A stretch of 64,000 bases of DNA, from contig JARXPF010000001.1 of NCBI GenBank assembly GCA_029887765.1, positions 64,488-128,487 of the forward strand, read 5' to 3'. Both the position numbers and the translations under genes were made by a program. Origin of the DNA: Thermoproteota archaeon. Its GTDB lineage: Archaea; Thermoproteota; Methanomethylicia; Methanomethylicales; Methanomethylicaceae. Shown here one piece after another: positions 61,162 through 64,000 of the stretch. The number at the start of each line of letters is the position of its first letter. Position 1 is the first letter of the stretch. The notes below the pieces were generated by a model that saw only the letters and a program-made list of their open reading frames with translations, was not told the DNA's origin and searched no databases.

Positions 61162-62496
61162 TCACACACCTCCTTTTATAGAAACTGCAGCTTCATTTAC
61201 ATAACGCAATGGTTCTCTCAACTCAGGAACTTCACTTAAAACTTCTCCAACTATTCCACTAATTTTTTCTGGAGTGTATATAGTAGTTCCAGCATCCAAA
61301 GCTACAGCTGCAGCTACACATGGTATGGCAAAACCTTTACTATGTCTTGTAACTATGTGATTTCCATGGAATACTGCAGGATTTCCTCCTCCATAAATTG
61401 AGTGGCTAAAGAAGGCCATTTCTACACCAGTTCCTGCAACTCTTCCAAAATCAACACCAGGTAGACCTGTCTCTCTTTCAATTAAATCATTAAAGTATAT
61501 TAAAACAGAGGGCACATGTTGCATTGCTCTAGCTGCACCACATGTAACCATAGTTGCAGCCAATAATCCTGCAGCAGCATATGCATTCCACTTACTCACA
61601 TCATCTGTAGTATACAGAGTATATCCAGAAGGCATTTTACTTAATGGTCTTATTACACCATCTTCTAATGCTCTTTTAACAGTAGAAATTACCACACTTC
61701 CAAGAGTTCCATCTTTTCCATTTTCTTTTACAAGATCATAAACTAAATTATTAGCATTTAATCCTTGATATGCTAATCCTAATAGATGGTATCTTTCAAA
61801 GTTTCCAATTGCATCTCCCATTTCAAACATAGCAGTTTGCTCTAATATAGTAGCAAGTGCTGCAGCATTCATAGCATTCCTTTTTGTTATAAGTGCAATA
61901 TGAGCACATGGAATATTTCTTAATGCATAACCCATACCTTCATTTTGCTGAGGAACTGCTAATAAAGAAGAAACATTTCCTCCTAACATATCCATAGTTT
62001 GAGGATATCTACCCCAAACTGCAGTGTGTACAAGATCAGCATCCCATATGCTTACATTGAATTTTTCAATTATTGTACAACATAAAGCAGCAGCAACAGC
62101 TGTTACACCTGTTGTATATTCAACCCCTGCATCTAATCTTTTCCTTGGTACTTTGACAAGTAAATATTTTCCTCCTTTTATTGCTTTAACTTCTGTATCA
62201 TCATTTGGATCAACTTGAAGACATTTTTTCAAATCCTCTGCAATACTTTCTGCATTTTTGACTAAATCAAGTTTTAGAGATCTTCCCCTTATTATACAGA
62301 ATTTTCCTCCAACTTCACCAATGGCTAAAGCCTTCTCTATACCTTCTAAATTTACTGCAACAAATTGCTTTATATTATTAATTATTTTTTGTATTGCTGG
62401 ATTCTTTAGAGGACTTATAGCTTCTATTGGTATATTAGTATCAAAAAGTCTACCACGGTCGTCATATAGGTCGATTTTATCTGAATATTTTGCCAT
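61162..62496 (-). CDS. mcrB: Methyl-coenzyme M reductase beta subunit
   Basis: [52 protein letters not shown]. Confidence 0.99.
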   Translation of the reverse strand: MAKYSDKIDLYDDRGRLFDTNIPIEAISPLKNPAIQKIINNIKQFVAVNLEGIEKALAIGEVGGKFCIIRGRSLKLDLVKNAESIAEDLKKCLQVDPNDDTEVKAIKGGKYLLVKVPRKRLDAGVEYTTGVTAVAAALCCTIIEKFNVSIWDADLVHTAVWGRYPQTMDMLGGNVSSLLAVPQQNEGMGYALRNIPCAHIALITKRNAMNAAALATILEQTAMFEMGDAIGNFERYHLLGLAYQGLNANNLVYDLVKENGKDGTLGSVVISTVKRALEDGVIRPLSKMPSGYTLYTTDDVSKWNAYAAAGLLAATMVTCGAARAMQHVPSVLIYFNDLIERETGLPGVDFGRVAGTGVEMAFFSHSIYGGGNPAVFHGNHIVTRHSKGFAIPCVAAAVALDAGTTIYTPEKISGIVGEVLSEVPELREPLRYVNEAAVSIKGGV

Positions 62497-62544
62497 AAAT
62501 TTTCATCCCCATCCTCATTCTTTATCCAAAATAATAATAAATCT

Positions 62545-62570
62545 TAAGAGGTATTTAAGAATATTTACTA
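62545..62570 (-). promoter_or_regulatory. Putative TATA box of the mcrBGA promoter
   Basis: Minus-strand TTAAATA (62552-62558) about 55 nt upstream of the mcrB ATG; GGGATGA RBS-like motif before the ATG. Confidence 0.4.
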
Positions 62571-62593
62571 ATAACAATTCTAGTTAAATTTTA

Positions 62594-63139
62594 TTATGAA
62601 GATTGTTGTGAAAGTATTTTATCTACAAGTATATCAATCGATTCTAATACGTTCTCTTCACCAACTTTTATAGAAACTATGGGCACTTTTATGAATTTTT
62701 CAATTATACTTGCAACAATAGGTGCACAAACAATTCCATGAACTTTATCTTGTGTAGCTTTTATTGCATTAATAATTGCATCTTCAATAGTTGCTACTGG
62801 ATATTCTTTAATTAGAACTTTTTTACCTTTAATAATTATTTGATGCTTTGAAAGAGTATCTAAACAAACCCTCGCAGCTATTACACCAATAACTATATCA
62901 GAAGAAGGATTTTCTAATGATTTAAAATAATTAATTATAGCTCTGAATGTAGAAACTCTCAAATCTCTTGCTTCACTTATTATTTTATTTAATGTACTAA
63001 TTGGTATTCCACATCCTTGACTTAATTCTTTTAATGAAATTTTCCTTCGCTTCATAATTGAACGTAAAGTTGAGGAAAATGCTTCATTAGAAATTAAAAG
63101 AGCTTCCATGAGTTCTTCATATGAACTTTTTTCTATCAT
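62594..63139 (-). CDS. XRE-family HTH transcriptional regulator with C-terminal ligand-binding-like domain
   Basis: SLKELSQGCGIPISTLNKII HTH; IAAR, IVCAPIVAS. Confidence 0.82.
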   Translation of the reverse strand: MIEKSSYEELMEALLISNEAFSSTLRSIMKRRKISLKELSQGCGIPISTLNKIISEARDLRVSTFRAIINYFKSLENPSSDIVIGVIAARVCLDTLSKHQIIIKGKKVLIKEYPVATIEDAIINAIKATQDKVHGIVCAPIVASIIEKFIKVPIVSIKVGEENVLESIDILVDKILSQQSS

Positions 63140-63143
63140 ATAT

Positions 63144-63911
63144 TCACCCCCATATCTCTTCATGAAACATTTTCAATATTTTCTCTCTATAAGAAATGAA
63201 TGGAGGGCTTAATCTATCTCTTGGATATGGTAAATCTATTTTTATTATTGCTTTAGTTTTACTAGGACGTTTTGTTAAAATAATAACTCTTTGAGCTAAA
63301 AAAACTGCTTCTTCTACATTATGTGTTATAAATATTACAGTCTTATTTAATCCAGACCATATCCTAAGAAGCTCTTTTTGCATAAAAGATCTAGTTTGAG
63401 CATCAAGATCTGCAAAAGGTTCATCCATTAATATTAAATCTGGATCTATTGCTAAAGCTCTAGCAATTGCCACTCTTTTCTTCATTCCTCCTGATAATTG
63501 ATGAGGATAATACTTCTCAAAACCTTTTAGTCCAACTAAATCAATATATTTTTCAGCAATTCTAATAGCTTCTTTTTCATTTATCCCCTTTATCTCTAAT
63601 CCAAATTTTACATTATCAATAACATTTCTCCAAGGCATTAATGAGTCTTCTTGAAATATAACGCCAAATTTATGAATATTAGGATTAGGAGGTACACCTC
63701 TTATAAGAATTCTACCTGAAGTTGGAAAATCTAGTCCACATATCATTTTTAATAAAGTAGTTTTTCCACAACCTGAAGGACCTACAATACATAAAAATTC
63801 ACCTTTACTAACATTAAAAGAAAGACCATTTATTACTTCTAAATTTTGAGAATTTTGCTTAAATATTTTAGTAACTGAATCTATGATAATTTCATCTTCC
63901 AATAAAATCAC
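63144..63911 (-). CDS. NitT/TauT/SsuB-family ABC transporter ATP-binding protein
   Basis: GPSGCGKTT, LMPWRNV, YPHQLSGGMKKR, MDEPFADLD, THNVEEAV. Confidence 0.92.
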   Translation of the reverse strand: MILLEDEIIIDSVTKIFKQNSQNLEVINGLSFNVSKGEFLCIVGPSGCGKTTLLKMICGLDFPTSGRILIRGVPPNPNIHKFGVIFQEDSLMPWRNVIDNVKFGLEIKGINEKEAIRIAEKYIDLVGLKGFEKYYPHQLSGGMKKRVAIARALAIDPDLILMDEPFADLDAQTRSFMQKELLRIWSGLNKTVIFITHNVEEAVFLAQRVIILTKRPSKTKAIIKIDLPYPRDRLSPPFISYREKILKMFHEEIWG

Positions 63912-64000
63912 CTATGTAGTTATTTCAACTCTCCATTTAAACATTCTTTTTTCTAAAGAAAGTATTATATAATTAATACATAAACCTATAATTCCTATAG
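63912..64000 (-). CDS. NitT/TauT/SsuC-family ABC permease, C-terminal fragment (runs off window)
   Basis: Hand translation ...IGIIGLCINYIILSLEKRMFKWRVEITT*, typical of permease C-termini; abuts the ATPase gene. Confidence 0.7.
   Translation of the reverse strand, partial: IGIIGLCINYIILSLEKRMFKWRVEITT

Noticed and set aside
58705-62496. Alkyl-coenzyme M reductase (alkane oxidation)
   Set aside because: The aromatic cavity residues of methane-type MCR are conserved
937-62587. Numerous 60-160 aa ORFs in the track that are antisense to, or nested in, longer genes (e.g. 36364-36714, 40514-41005, 56105-56578)
   Set aside because: They are shadow frames of well-supported genes, with I/S/F/L-biased composition and no motifs

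Overview
Gene-dense, very AT-rich (about 28-30% GC by eye) archaeal chromosomal segment. I saw no rRNA, tRNA, CRISPR array or mobile element. It comes from a methyl-coenzyme M reductase (MCR)-encoding archaeon that looks like a member of TACK/Thermoproteota, most likely Methanomethylicia (Verstraetearchaeota) or a sister lineage. This placement is an inference from a crenarchaeal-type tRNA splicing endonuclease, the divergent McrA and the mcrBGA arrangement. The right half (36-64 kb) is a dispersed methanogenesis supercluster interleaved with housekeeping genes: mcrB-G-A, a separate mcrD-mcrC-mmp5 unit, mmp3-6-17-7 plus a zinc-motif-less AtwA paralog and a RACo corrinoid activator, mmp15-ycaO-tfuA-atwA, mmp2 and DUF2098. 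The left half carries methylotrophy and organic-substrate genes: two MtaA-type methyltransferases, a corrinoid protein, AOR with MoaD, two GlcD-like FAD oxidoreductases, an HdrD/GlcF-like CCG protein, a CstA transporter, a carboxyltransferase lacking its biotin domain, and acs. The ORF track missed or truncated four genes: rpo12, a zinc-ribbon protein, mmp17 (apparent ATT start) and an M50 protease (apparent CTG/ATT start). All product calls come from motif recognition, not database searches.
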